Below are positions 47,164 through 55,916 of a stretch of DNA of 64,000 nt, piece after piece. The position numbers were made by a program, and so were the translations under genes. Within the stretch, counting starts at the first letter, position 1. Each line of letters starts with the position of its first letter. Source of the stretch: a virus (taxonomy: Duplodnaviria; Caudoviricetes); the IMG/VR virus record IMGVR_UViG_3300020365_000001. The stretch is one strand, 5' to 3'. A model generated the notes under the pieces. That model searched no databases. It was not told the origin of the DNA and saw only the letters and a program-made list of their open reading frames with translations.

Positions 47164-47312
47164 GGACCTTCGTAGGTTTCGTCGTAGTCTAACTCAACAG
47201 GGTCGCATTCGTCAAATCGATACGACTCAACGTCGGAGTAGACTTCTGCTTTCAATGCACTAAGCAGCATCTCTAGGTCAGAGATAATAATCTTTAGTTT
47301 GTCTCGTTCCAT
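47160..47312 (-). CDS. Conserved cyanophage hypothetical protein (50 aa)
   Basis: Hand translation MERDKLKIIISDLEMLLSALKAEVYSDVESY... Confidence 0.75.
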   Translation of the reverse strand: MERDKLKIIISDLEMLLSALKAEVYSDVESYRFDECDPVELDYDETYEGP

Positions 47313-47328
47313 ACGTATAGCATAAGAT

Positions 47329-47357
47329 AAAAAAAGAGAGGTGTCAAGACCTCTCTT
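47329..47357 (-). terminator. Rho-independent terminator with overlapping promoter
   Basis: AAGAGAGGT-CTTGAC-ACCTCTCTT followed by a T-run; TTGACA-17 nt-TATGCT overlaps it. Confidence 0.8.
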
Positions 47358-47365
47358 AGTATGAC

Positions 47366-47509
47366 TCAGGATTGAGAAGCGAACTTGCGTTCTACCTTGA
47401 CTCCACGATACATGAGGTCATGGTTGTTACGCTGGTCACGTTCTTGAAGAACCTTTGCCTTGTAACCTTCAGCGTCATACTTGACGCCGCGATAAGTGAT
47501 GGTAGTCAT
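47366..47509 (-). CDS. DUF4278-like small protein
   Basis: Hand translation MTTITYRGVKYDAEG...LMYRGVKV with two YRGV motifs; AGGAG Shine-Dalgarno. Confidence 0.8.
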   Translation of the reverse strand: MTTITYRGVKYDAEGYKAKVLQERDQRNNHDLMYRGVKVERKFASQS

Positions 47510-47542
47510 CAGTCTTACTCCTAAAGTAATTGGATTTTTAGG

Positions 47543-47784
47543 CCCGTTCCTTTAGTCGTTTGCGTCCCAAGGACATTCAGGAGTTGCATCCTGAATAGTC
47601 TCGACTAACTCAACTTTGATTTCATTCTTCAGGTACATATCTTTTTGAACTCTGAGGATGATAGCATCCGCATCTTCGCAAAGTATACCCGAGTAAAGTA
47701 GTAGTTCCGCCATGGGATGAACGGCTCCGTTCCGCGACTTACTTGCGTCCAGGCATGGGATATGAAGTCCCTTCTGGATGAACG
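47543..47784 (-). ncRNA. Tandem glutamine riboswitch-like element (glnA / Downstream-peptide type)
   Basis: Two CGUUCAUCC...GGACGCAA...GGAACGG units upstream of a DUF4278 gene, the usual target of these RNAs. Confidence 0.75.
47552..47713 (-). CDS. 53-aa hypothetical protein nested in the riboswitch loop
   Basis: MAELLLYSGILCEDADAIILRVQ...TPECPWDAND; GGAG upstream. Confidence 0.65.
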   Translation of the reverse strand: MAELLLYSGILCEDADAIILRVQKDMYLKNEIKVELVETIQDATPECPWDAND

Positions 47785-47791
47785 TATGGTA

Positions 47792-47819
47792 ATTATACCA
47801 CACTATGTATGTCTGTCAA
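47792..47819 (-). promoter_or_regulatory. Consensus sigma70 promoter for the riboswitch leader
   Basis: TTGACA-16 nt-TATAAT with extended -10 TG; the aptamer begins about 8 nt downstream. Confidence 0.85.
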
Positions 47820-48928
47820 CTTCTACACCGCTTAGTACCACAGTAGTCTGCACAGATATGGGGTTTCTTATCCCATGAATCCACTAGAGTATGCTGGAAG
47901 AAAGGAGTCTGCAATACTTCTTCCAGACTGTGGTGCTGTAAGCATATAGATTTGATACCACCCTGGTTTTCGATCAGTGGTATAACATTATCCCAGAATA
48001 CTTTCTGCATATACTCAGCACCCACACCTTTGTTTGGGTTCTTGATGTCCCTGAACTCTGCGGGAGCATCGATGTCATCATGGACATAGAACTGTGGGTA
48101 GAAGAACCTTAGACGTGACTGGTGGAAGCAGCAGGCATGAACCACACCCCGACTATCAATCCTCAGTTGTCCTGGTTTACCACGCTGGTGTTTATATCTA
48201 CAGTCAACAGGACTGTCATCAGCAACAGGATTGTTTTTGAATACGTGAGCAGGATCAGAAACTACTTCTAGTTTTCTGACTGTGCCTTTGTATTCGTAAG
48301 TGAACGTACCATCTCCCTTACCACTAGCATCATACATATCATTGACCTTCGTGTGTTGAAAGTCTTTGAACTTCATCAACCTACTGAGTGTTCTGCAACG
48401 TTTAGTCTGATGCTCATTGTGTTTGAAGACTAGCATCCTCCACACAGCAGGTCCACCAGCGGCAATGAATGCTCTAGCACTACTGATTACTTTGTTGTAG
48501 TCTACACCTACCCTATACTGTTGTATGGTATCTTCTAACCCATCGATAGAGAAGATAAGAAAAGAATCTTTATGCGATGCTCCCATGAGGGCACCAAGTT
48601 TACCCCAAAACTCTTGGTCTCGGGTGCCTCCATTAGTACTCATCTGGAAAATGATATTCCTATTCACATTCAGAGTGTAGGAATATATTTCTAGCAGGTC
48701 CTCACACAATGTTGGTTCACCAAAAGACCCTTGGAAGTACATCATCTCTGTCTTCCTAAGGGTCTCTGGTGGGAACCACTCCTTCCACTGCTCAATGCTA
48801 ATGGAAGAACGATTCATTGATGGGTCCGGTTTCAACACCGCTACCTCATCGTTATAAGATGTCTTGTGCCTGGCACACAGAGGACACTTGGAGTTACAAT
48901 GATCAGTTAGATCAATGAGAAACTTCAC
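47816..48928 (-). CDS. Radical SAM protein with SPASM/twitch-like C-terminus
   Basis: CNSKCPLC, GEP, TNGG, FSIDGL; C..IDSRGVVHACC..CADYC. Confidence 0.9.
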   Translation of the reverse strand: MKFLIDLTDHCNSKCPLCARHKTSYNDEVAVLKPDPSMNRSSISIEQWKEWFPPETLRKTEMMYFQGSFGEPTLCEDLLEIYSYTLNVNRNIIFQMSTNGGTRDQEFWGKLGALMGASHKDSFLIFSIDGLEDTIQQYRVGVDYNKVISSARAFIAAGGPAVWRMLVFKHNEHQTKRCRTLSRLMKFKDFQHTKVNDMYDASGKGDGTFTYEYKGTVRKLEVVSDPAHVFKNNPVADDSPVDCRYKHQRGKPGQLRIDSRGVVHACCFHQSRLRFFYPQFYVHDDIDAPAEFRDIKNPNKGVGAEYMQKVFWDNVIPLIENQGGIKSICLQHHSLEEVLQTPFFQHTLVDSWDKKPHICADYCGTKRCRS

Positions 48929-49374
48929 TTATCACGCCAGTGGATCTCAGGGTATGCTTTCTCTACAACACTGCGGGTGATGCGATACTTGCTTTGCAGC
49001 ATACCGTCCTTGACCAGACAGATAATCTCTGCCTCATCAGCATGAAGACTCTCCAGGAGTTGGACTAGCATAGTCTCACGCTTCATCTGTGACAGGCGAT
49101 CGTTGCCACCACGGATGAAGTTATAAAGGGTGCGCCACTCACTGACGAGACGTGTGTGACCCACTGCATTAGCAGGAGTATCGTTTACCTTGTAAGGTAC
49201 AGGTCCTTCTGGGATAGCACTGAAGATCTTCTTATCAAAGTTCCAGATCAACACTGCCTTTACATCATCCCGCTTATTGTTTGACAGGATCTCTACCTTT
49301 TTGTCAACCGTCTTAGCACCGTGAACTGCTTTGAACAACTCAGATACAAGAGGATTATCAGGAAGTTTTGCCAT
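48925..49374 (-). CDS. Conserved T4-like hypothetical protein (DUF6433-like)
   Basis: LIWNFD..PEGPVPY..KRETMLVQLLESLH. Confidence 0.8.
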   Translation of the reverse strand: MAKLPDNPLVSELFKAVHGAKTVDKKVEILSNNKRDDVKAVLIWNFDKKIFSAIPEGPVPYKVNDTPANAVGHTRLVSEWRTLYNFIRGGNDRLSQMKRETMLVQLLESLHADEAEIICLVKDGMLQSKYRITRSVVEKAYPEIHWRDK

Positions 49375-49376
49375 AG

Positions 49377-49607
49377 TTAGTCTTCAAATTCATCTAAATG
49401 TGGAGTGTCACCCTCAAATCGAAAGGAGATAAGTGACTCAGCAATCGGATTGCCGTTCTCGTCAAACATCTCGGGGTGTGTGTACTGTGGGGTTACATCA
49501 TGGATGTATGCCCGAACTAGGTAACCAATTACTAGTCCTAAACCAACGGTCTGTAGTAGGATGACGACACCCATGACTACAAAAACGACTGTGGAATCAA
49601 GAGACAT
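49377..49607 (-). CDS. Small membrane protein
   Basis: Transmembrane segment followed by HPEMFDENGN, a motif common in cyanophages. Confidence 0.75.
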   Translation of the reverse strand: MSLDSTVVFVVMGVVILLQTVGLGLVIGYLVRAYIHDVTPQYTHPEMFDENGNPIAESLISFRFEGDTPHLDEFED

Positions 49608-49782
49608 GATTGTTTCTCTCTCTTTCTATATGTAGGGAATATTTTACCCCAAACAATTTGAACAGAGGAATAATTCTTGCGAAGTTTGGTTTCCTTTTGC
49701 GGTTGCGAAGAAGGAGTTCAAACCCCTTGTTCATGGTCAGATCATCTCTCGATCCTGAAGATACTTCAAAGTTTCTTTGCAT
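49597..49782 (-). CDS. Hypothetical protein
   Basis: NKGFELLLRNR motif; true start probably at an internal Met. Confidence 0.55.
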   Translation of the reverse strand: MQRNFEVSSGSRDDLTMNKGFELLLRNRKRKPNFARIIPLFKLFGVKYSLHIERERNNHVS

Positions 49783-49973
49783 CCACCTATCGCTTTGTTG
49801 TTGATGGATACTTGAGGAAACGTTGCTGCCTCCTCAAATTCCAGAATGAATTGTTCTCGTGTGAAATCTTTGTCTAGTTTATACTCGATATAATCGATGT
49901 CAACAGAGGCGAAGAGTTGCTTGACCCTATCACACCACTGACAATTATCGCGGGAGTAAACTACTGCCTTCAT
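49737..49973 (-). CDS. nrdC: Glutaredoxin
   Basis: CQWC active site, TFPQV, IGG. Confidence 0.92.
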   Translation of the reverse strand: MKAVVYSRDNCQWCDRVKQLFASVDIDYIEYKLDKDFTREQFILEFEEAATFPQVSINNKAIGGCKETLKYLQDREMI

Positions 49974-50151
49974 AAGTCGGTATGCTTTTTATGTAATCGG
50001 AAAATAAATCGGCACCTTCCGTTAGAGAAGATGCCATTTGTCGGAATCCAGTTCCAACATAAATTTGCCCCGCCACCACTGAGACAGTTGCGATGCCCCA
50101 GAAGATGTAATACCATTTAGATTTGACTTGGTGTCGTCTAATCTTTTTCAT
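49945..50151 (-). CDS. Small membrane hypothetical protein
   Basis: KSKWYYIFWGIATVSVVAGQIYVG; promoter immediately upstream. Confidence 0.7.
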   Translation of the reverse strand: MKKIRRHQVKSKWYYIFWGIATVSVVAGQIYVGTGFRQMASSLTEGADLFSDYIKSIPTYEGSSLLPR

Positions 50152-50171
50152 AATAAGGAGGTCACTCAGGT

Positions 50172-50200
50172 ATTATATCATCTTATTGCCTAGTGGTCAA
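50172..50200 (-). promoter_or_regulatory. Sigma70-type promoter
   Basis: TTGACC-17 nt-TATAAT. Confidence 0.75.
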
Positions 50201-50478
50201 TAAGAACCAGTGCGTGCTTTTTTCTTTTCGAGTTCAGCAACTTCCATCATCACTGCCTTCTTAGCCAATTCTTGATTGCGCCAGTAGTTCACAGTATCAG
50301 CATGAGCATCTTGCGAAAGTCGTTTCCAGCAACGTTCCCGGAAGCGCCACATAGGAGATGCATTCTCCGGAGGAGTAACATCTTTAGTGCCATCACTATC
50401 CAAAACTTGCTTTGTATGTTTCAGATCAGTACCAGTGTCAGATAGTGTAAGTCTCCTTGATAGTGACATTGATAACAC
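50197..50478 (-). CDS. Hypothetical protein
   Basis: 93-aa ORF filling the gap downstream of petF. Confidence 0.55.
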   Translation of the reverse strand: MLSMSLSRRLTLSDTGTDLKHTKQVLDSDGTKDVTPPENASPMWRFRERCWKRLSQDAHADTVNYWRNQELAKKAVMMEVAELEKKKARTGSY

Positions 50479-50500
50479 AACTATACTACATCAACTTTAT

Positions 50501-50791
50501 TTAGTACAGACTATCCTCTTGAGAGGACAAAATTGTGCAGTCGGAAGTGGGATAGGCAACGCAGGTGAGGACAAACCCTGCTTCAATTTGATCGTCGTCT
50601 AAGAATGATTGGTCGTCTTGATTTACTGTGCCCTCTACCACCTTGCCAGCACATGTAGAACATGCACCAGAGCGGCAGGAGTAATCAAGATCGATGCCTG
50701 CTTCTTCAGCAGCATCGAGCACGTAGGAGTCTTCAGGACAGTCGAAGGTTGTGTCTTCGCCTTCGGGGTTGCGGATTGTGATTTTGAACAT
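50501..50791 (-). CDS. petF: [2Fe-2S] ferredoxin
   Basis: [13 protein letters not shown]...LTCVAYP. Confidence 0.97.
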   Translation of the reverse strand: MFKITIRNPEGEDTTFDCPEDSYVLDAAEEAGIDLDYSCRSGACSTCAGKVVEGTVNQDDQSFLDDDQIEAGFVLTCVAYPTSDCTILSSQEDSLY

Positions 50792-50796
50792 TGAAA

Positions 50797-51120
50797 TTAT
50801 TGAACGTGAACTGTACCAATCATGCCAGCGCCTTTGTGAGGAGCACACCAGTAGGTGTAGTCACCAACTTCAGGGAAGGTGACATCAAACTCTTCACCAG
50901 GGAGCATTGCAAGTGATTCGTGGGCAAGGTCAGGGCGACCCTCCACAATCACATTGTGAGGTGGTAGCATGTTGTTTACAAAGTGGACTGATTCCCCGGC
51001 AGAGATGGTAACCTCTGCGGGATCAAATACTAGGTTGCCATTGGCACCCATTTGAACGTCCACTGCCCAAACAGGTGCAGCGAGAAAGAGTGTAGCGAAT
51101 AGAGCAATCAGAAGCTTCAT
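50797..51120 (-). CDS. petE: Plastocyanin
   Basis: Signal peptide, [16 protein letters not shown] copper ligands. Confidence 0.97.
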   Translation of the reverse strand: MKLLIALFATLFLAAPVWAVDVQMGANGNLVFDPAEVTISAGESVHFVNNMLPPHNVIVEGRPDLAHESLAMLPGEEFDVTFPEVGDYTYWCAPHKGAGMIGTVHVQ

Positions 51121-51148
51121 TTGTGATTCGCGGTCCCATTATATAGAC

Positions 51149-51189
51149 AAAAAAAGTAGGGGAGTCCTGGGTTTTGCCAGGATCCCCTA
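51149..51189 (-). terminator. Rho-independent terminator
   Basis: AGGGGATCCTGG...CCAGGACTCCCCT stem followed by a T-run. Confidence 0.65.
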
Positions 51190-51393
51190 ACGCGGCGACG
51201 ATATGTCACTATTTAGGAATTCCTTTTCATTTTGGTAGGGTGTGGTCTCGCCTGTCCAAAGTCTATAACCTTGTATAACTTCAGGAACTAACCATTCATC
51301 AACTCGGTAACAATATTTCCAGTTAGCGGGTTGAATGCAATTCATTACAACTACATTCCAGAACGCTACCAGATGTATCACTAGTGTTTGCAT
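51187..51393 (-). CDS. Conserved cyanophage hypothetical protein
   Basis: FWNVVVMNCIQPANWKYCYRVDEWL. Confidence 0.65.
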   Translation of the reverse strand: MQTLVIHLVAFWNVVVMNCIQPANWKYCYRVDEWLVPEVIQGYRLWTGETTPYQNEKEFLNSDISSPR

Positions 51394-51547
51394 TCCAGTG
51401 CCTCACCACTCCAGATACGATAAAAGCGTTAGTGACCATGTAACTAACAAAAATAATGGTGCGTACGATAGCAACGTAATCATCATAAGGAGCTGTCTTG
51501 TCGTCACTAAAACTGCCTAGACTATACTTCCAGATTTTGTAAAGCAT
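51323..51547 (-). CDS. Conserved cyanophage small membrane protein
   Basis: IWKYSLGSFSDDKT..YD..VAIVRT..GVVRHW. Confidence 0.7.
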   Translation of the reverse strand: MLYKIWKYSLGSFSDDKTAPYDDYVAIVRTIIFVSYMVTNAFIVSGVVRHWNANTSDTSGSVLECSCNELHSTR

Positions 51548-51552
51548 CCATG

Positions 51553-51575
51553 AAAAAAGGGGGTCGAGACCCCCT
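51553..51575 (-). terminator. Terminator after psbD
   Basis: AGGGGGTC-TC-GACCCCCT followed by T6. Confidence 0.8.
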
Positions 51576-51582
51576 CAGTATA

Positions 51583-52638
51583 TCACAGAGCGTTGCCTCT
51601 TGGCAATACTTCTTCTGGGAAGATGAAGTTCTCATGTGGTTGGTCGGCAGGTGCCATCCAAGCACGGAGACCTTCGTTCAGAAGGATGTTCTTGGTGTAG
51701 AACGTCTCGAACTCTGGGTCTTCTGCTGCTCTGATCTCTTGGGATACAAAGTCGTAAGCCCTAAGGTTGAGAGCAAGACCAATAATACCGATGGAACTTG
51801 TCCAAAGACCCATAACAGGAACAAAGAGCATAAAGAAATGCAACCAACGCTTATTGCTAAATGCAATACCGAAGATCTGAGACCAGAAACGATTGGCAGT
51901 AACCATCGAATAGGTTTCCTCTTCTTGGGTTGGTTCAAATGCTTTGAACGTGTTTGCCTGTTCACCATCTTCAAACAGTGTGTTCTCTACAGTCGCACCA
52001 TGAATGGCACAGAGCAGTGCTCCACCTAGGATACCTGCTACGCCCATCATGTGGAAGGGGTTCAGGGTCCAGTTGTGAAATCCTTGGAGGAACAACAGAA
52101 ATCTGAAGATTGCTGCGACACCGAAGGATGGAGCAAAGAACCAACTGCTTTGCCCCAAAGGATAGATGAGGAAAACAGAAACAAAGACAGCAATGGGACC
52201 AGAGAAAGCAATCGCATTGTAAGGACGGATACCGATGAGACGTGCCAATTCAAATTGGCGAAGCATGAAACCTATGAGAGCAAAGGCTCCGTGGAGCGCC
52301 ACAAAAGCCCAGAGTCCCCCAAGCTGGCACCACCTGATGAAATCCCCCTGAGACTCAGGACCCCAAAGTAGAAGAAGAGAATGACCCATAGCATCAGCAG
52401 GCGTTGACACAGCCGCTGTAAGGAAATTAGCACCCTCAAGGTAACTACTTGCGAGTCCGTGGGTGTACCAGCTCGTAACAAACGTTGTGCCAGTAAGCCA
52501 GCCACCAATTGCAAGATAAGCAGTGGGAAAAAGAAGTAGTCCAGACCAACCCACAAAGACAAAGCGATCTCGTTTAAGCCAGTCATCCAGGACATCGAAC
52601 CACCCCCTTGTTGGTTGTTGTAGTGTTGATGCTACCAT
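51583..52638 (-). CDS. psbD: Photosystem II D2 protein
   Basis: [14 protein letters not shown]...[10 protein letters not shown]. Confidence 0.99.
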   Translation of the reverse strand: MVASTLQQPTRGWFDVLDDWLKRDRFVFVGWSGLLLFPTAYLAIGGWLTGTTFVTSWYTHGLASSYLEGANFLTAAVSTPADAMGHSLLLLWGPESQGDFIRWCQLGGLWAFVALHGAFALIGFMLRQFELARLIGIRPYNAIAFSGPIAVFVSVFLIYPLGQSSWFFAPSFGVAAIFRFLLFLQGFHNWTLNPFHMMGVAGILGGALLCAIHGATVENTLFEDGEQANTFKAFEPTQEEETYSMVTANRFWSQIFGIAFSNKRWLHFFMLFVPVMGLWTSSIGIIGLALNLRAYDFVSQEIRAAEDPEFETFYTKNILLNEGLRAWMAPADQPHENFIFPEEVLPRGNAL

Positions 52639-52640
52639 TA

Positions 52641-52901
52641 CTATTTAAAACCTCCATTTGATTTTTTCTTGTTTTGTTTCCTATCCAAGACATTTACTTT
52701 GCAGTTGCCCCAGTTACGAACAGATTCAAACCAATATAACCTGAGTTGATCGTAATCATCAAAGATAATTGATTGTCCGTTGCATTCTAACTGGTATTGA
52801 TGTCTATCGTAGGGTTCATCAGAGGTTTGTTCAAACCATGCAGGCAATTCTTTAGGTCCTGCAGATAGAACTCTTTCCTCTGGATCGAGTTTTCCAATCA
52901 T
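52641..52901 (-). CDS. Conserved cyanophage hypothetical protein
   Basis: [23 protein letters not shown]. Confidence 0.7.
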   Translation of the reverse strand: MIGKLDPEERVLSAGPKELPAWFEQTSDEPYDRHQYQLECNGQSIIFDDYDQLRLYWFESVRNWGNCKVNVLDRKQNKKKSNGGFK

Positions 52902-52934
52902 GAGAATAAGTAATATTACTTAACATTTGAAGAG

Positions 52935-52960
52935 AAAAAGAAAGGGTCCCGAAGGACCCT
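52935..52960 (-). terminator. Terminator after psbA
   Basis: AGGGTCC-TTCG-GGACCCT followed by a T-rich tail. Confidence 0.85.
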
Positions 52961-52981
52961 CCCTTAACTATTCAGTTTGTA

Positions 52982-54058
52982 TCAACCGATAGAAGGAGCG
53001 GTGAGTGCTACAGGAGTAGACTCTGCTGCTGCCAGGTCGAGAGGGAAGTTGTGAGCATTACGCTCATGCATAACTTCCATACCCAGACCAGCGCGGTTGA
53101 GTACATCTGCCCAGGTGTTCAGAACACGACCTTGACCATCAATAATGGATTGATTGAAGTTGAAGCCGTTGAGGTTGAACGCCATGGTGGAGACGCCGAG
53201 GGCGGTAAACCAGATTCCCACGACGGGCCATGCTGCGAGGAAGAAGTGCAGCGAACGGGAGTTGTTGAACGATGCATATTGGAAGATAAGACGACCGAAA
53301 TATCCATGAGCAGCAACGATGTTATAGGTCTCTTCTTCTTGACCGAACTTGTAACCATAGTTCTGGGACTCAGACTCAGTGGTTTCGCGAACCAAGGAGG
53401 AGGTCACAAGACTACCGTGCATAGCACTGAACAGTGAACCACCGAACACACCGGCAACGCCGAGCATGTGGAAGGGGTGCATCAGGATGTTATGCTCCGC
53501 CTGGAAAACCAACATGTAGTTGAATGTACCAGAAATACCAAGAGGCATAGCATCACTAAACGAACCCTGCCCAAAAGGATAGACAAGGAAGACTGCTGAT
53601 GCGGCAGCGACGGGAGCGGAGTAAGCAACACAGATCCAAGGGCGCATGCCCAGACGATAGGAAAGTTCCCACTCACGACCCATGTAGGCATAGATGCCGA
53701 TGAGGAAGTGGAAGATGACAAGTTGGAAAGGACCACCATTATACAGCCACTCGTCGAGTGATGCTGCTTCCCAGATGGGATAGAAGTGGAGACCGATTGC
53801 ATTGCTAGAAGGAACAACAGCACCAGAGATGATGTTGTTGCCATACATCAGAGAACCAGCGACGGGTTCCCGGATACCGTCGATATCGACGGGGGGTGCT
53901 GCCACGAAGGCAACGATGAAGCAGACAGTTGCTGCCAACAGAGTAGGGATCATCAGTACACCAAACCAACCGACATACAGACGGTTGTTAGTGGACGTAA
54001 CCCACTCGCAGAAATTCTCCCAGGATGATTGTTGGGAGCGTGAAAGAGTAGCGGACAT
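52982..54058 (-). CDS. psbA: Photosystem II D1 protein
   Basis: [14 protein letters not shown]...[13 protein letters not shown]; no intron. Confidence 0.99.
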   Translation of the reverse strand: MSATLSRSQQSSWENFCEWVTSTNNRLYVGWFGVLMIPTLLAATVCFIVAFVAAPPVDIDGIREPVAGSLMYGNNIISGAVVPSSNAIGLHFYPIWEAASLDEWLYNGGPFQLVIFHFLIGIYAYMGREWELSYRLGMRPWICVAYSAPVAAASAVFLVYPFGQGSFSDAMPLGISGTFNYMLVFQAEHNILMHPFHMLGVAGVFGGSLFSAMHGSLVTSSLVRETTESESQNYGYKFGQEEETYNIVAAHGYFGRLIFQYASFNNSRSLHFFLAAWPVVGIWFTALGVSTMAFNLNGFNFNQSIIDGQGRVLNTWADVLNRAGLGMEVMHERNAHNFPLDLAAAESTPVALTAPSIG

Positions 54059-54073
54059 TGAAAAAAGGGTTAG

Positions 54074-54142
54074 GTATGAGTGCGGGGAACACTAGGTAAG
54101 ATATTCCTTCCTCACCCTCAGAGGAAGGTATTAGAGACTGTT
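54074..54142 (-). ncRNA. PhotoRC-II-like structured psbA leader RNA
   Basis: CAGUCUCUAAUA-CCUUCCUC-UGAGGGU-GAGGAAGG and AGUG-UUCCCCG-CACU-CAUAC hairpins immediately 5' of psbA. Confidence 0.75.
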
Positions 54143-54204
54143 GTTTAGTGTCGCTGTTTAGTCCCGGTGAGGCGACAAGTAGGTGAGGAAAACCTCACAC
54201 GAGT

Positions 54205-55086
54205 TTATTTATCGTTACAATTATTAGACTCTTGTAACGGCATTGTGGGTCGTACTACATTACGCAGTACAAACTCTGAGAAATCAAACCGAGCATAAAT
54301 CTGATGCATGCCCGTAATATTTCTCAACTCCTTGAGTATAGCAGATCTTTGCTTATATTGCAAGGGGTGTCCCGCTTGAGGATGACGCTTGCGTCGATAC
54401 TGCTTGCCGCGAGACCCAAAAAGTATACCACAACTACCAGGCATGTGCTTGATCGTGCCGTCTGGTTGCTTCTCCCTTGAGATCCAACCATCTTCTATAA
54501 TATTCAGTTCCATCTTAGTCAACTGCCTAGCAGTATCAAAGGAGATCTGATCTCTGTTAGGACCTATCAATGAATACTTCCACCAAAGGTCACCAAACTC
54601 TTCGTACTCATCGTTCATGGTCCTCCAGATGGATGCCAACACTGGACTACAATACTGTTTGAAGTTGTATCCCAGTTCTTTGATGGTCTTTGTGATAAGT
54701 ATCTGATCATCCCAGGTATTCATGGATGCCATGAACCCCTCCAACACTTCATCTAGGTAAGAAAACTTCTCACAGTGCCTCATGATGGTGAATGGTGCCT
54801 GCTCAAAGTAGTTCTTACATTGCTCAGCGTACCTCTCAGTCATCACATAGCATCCATCCAACCACACAGTCTGCTCCCCCTTAGGAAAGACCTTATGTGG
54901 ATTGATCTTGACAAACGCTGACCGTCTACGGTGACATGGATGGTCACAAGGTATCTCCCTGAACTCCCACGGTCCTTTCTTTTCAACAGTCCCGTCAGTA
55001 AACATTACATACTGGATGTCAGGATCGTAGTAATGCTCATCAGGAATCTCATCATACCCATTGGTGATGCAACTGTATATTATCAT
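54205..55086 (-). CDS. DUF616 (TOD1/MUCI70-like) glycosyltransferase-fold protein
   Basis: YSCITNGYD, KINPH, WLDG, RH, RDQISF. Confidence 0.75.
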   Translation of the reverse strand: MIIYSCITNGYDEIPDEHYYDPDIQYVMFTDGTVEKKGPWEFREIPCDHPCHRRRSAFVKINPHKVFPKGEQTVWLDGCYVMTERYAEQCKNYFEQAPFTIMRHCEKFSYLDEVLEGFMASMNTWDDQILITKTIKELGYNFKQYCSPVLASIWRTMNDEYEEFGDLWWKYSLIGPNRDQISFDTARQLTKMELNIIEDGWISREKQPDGTIKHMPGSCGILFGSRGKQYRRKRHPQAGHPLQYKQRSAILKELRNITGMHQIYARFDFSEFVLRNVVRPTMPLQESNNCNDK

Positions 55087-55916
55087 CCGTGATGCTTCTC
55101 TATCCATTCGTATAGAAACTCTTTGTTTCTCCAGTGTTTATTGTATAGTATATGGTTCATACCCACAATCTCTTTGACCTGTAGTAACATATCATTCATA
55201 GTCTTCCATTGATCTTTTGATCCTGCTTTTGGATGCTTCTTTCTTCTACCCACATTACCTTCTCTTCCCCTACCCTTACCATCAACACCTCTAAAGTTTA
55301 CTCCTGACTCTAACCAGTCAATAGTATGCCACTCTAGTCCTGTGATTTGTTTTGCTACCACAAATGCTATCTGATCACACCTTGTAGATACCTGTGACAG
55401 ATGCCACCATAGTTCATTGAACTCAGCATTACCAACAGTGTTCCAGAATGATGCCAAGATAGGGTTAGTATATTTTCTAAAGTCGAATCCTATATTGTCA
55501 GCAGATTTTGTGATATTTACTATATCTTCCACAGTATTATATGATGCTATGTAACTCTCTGCTATCTCCTCGTAGTATGTGAAACTCATGGGGTGTCTCA
55601 TGTGTACTCTAGTATGGTTCTCAAATAATTTTTTAGTGTACTGTACATACTCTTCAGTCATAACATAACAACCATCTATCCACACTACCCTATCTCCTTC
55701 AGAGAATAGTTTGTGCTGCATTATCTTAGGATAGAGTGATAACCTTAGAGGACAGTCATGTTTGATTGGTATATCTCTGAACTCCCATGCTCCCTTGTGT
55801 TCAATTGATCCATCTGTGAACATAACATACCTAATGTCTGGATCATAGTAATGATCGTCAGGTATCTCATCATATCCATTAGTAATACATGAGTAGATTG
55901 TTATCCTAGAATCCAT
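55083..55916 (-). CDS. DUF616-like glycosyltransferase-fold protein
   Basis: YSCITNGYD, KIMQH, WIDG, RHP, CDQIAF. Confidence 0.75.
   Translation of the reverse strand: MDSRITIYSCITNGYDEIPDDHYYDPDIRYVMFTDGSIEHKGAWEFRDIPIKHDCPLRLSLYPKIMQHKLFSEGDRVVWIDGCYVMTEEYVQYTKKLFENHTRVHMRHPMSFTYYEEIAESYIASYNTVEDIVNITKSADNIGFDFRKYTNPILASFWNTVGNAEFNELWWHLSQVSTRCDQIAFVVAKQITGLEWHTIDWLESGVNFRGVDGKGRGREGNVGRRKKHPKAGSKDQWKTMNDMLLQVKEIVGMNHILYNKHWRNKEFLYEWIEKHHG

Noticed and set aside
47714-47803. 83-aa version of the nested ORF starting at 47803
   Set aside because: That start lies inside the promoter spacer, upstream of the predicted transcription start; the ATG at 47713 is more plausible
52641-52901. Possible homing endonuclease or intron between or within psbA and psbD
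   Set aside because: Both genes are uninterrupted, and the 86-aa ORF lacks HNH, GIY-YIG or endonuclease VII motifs
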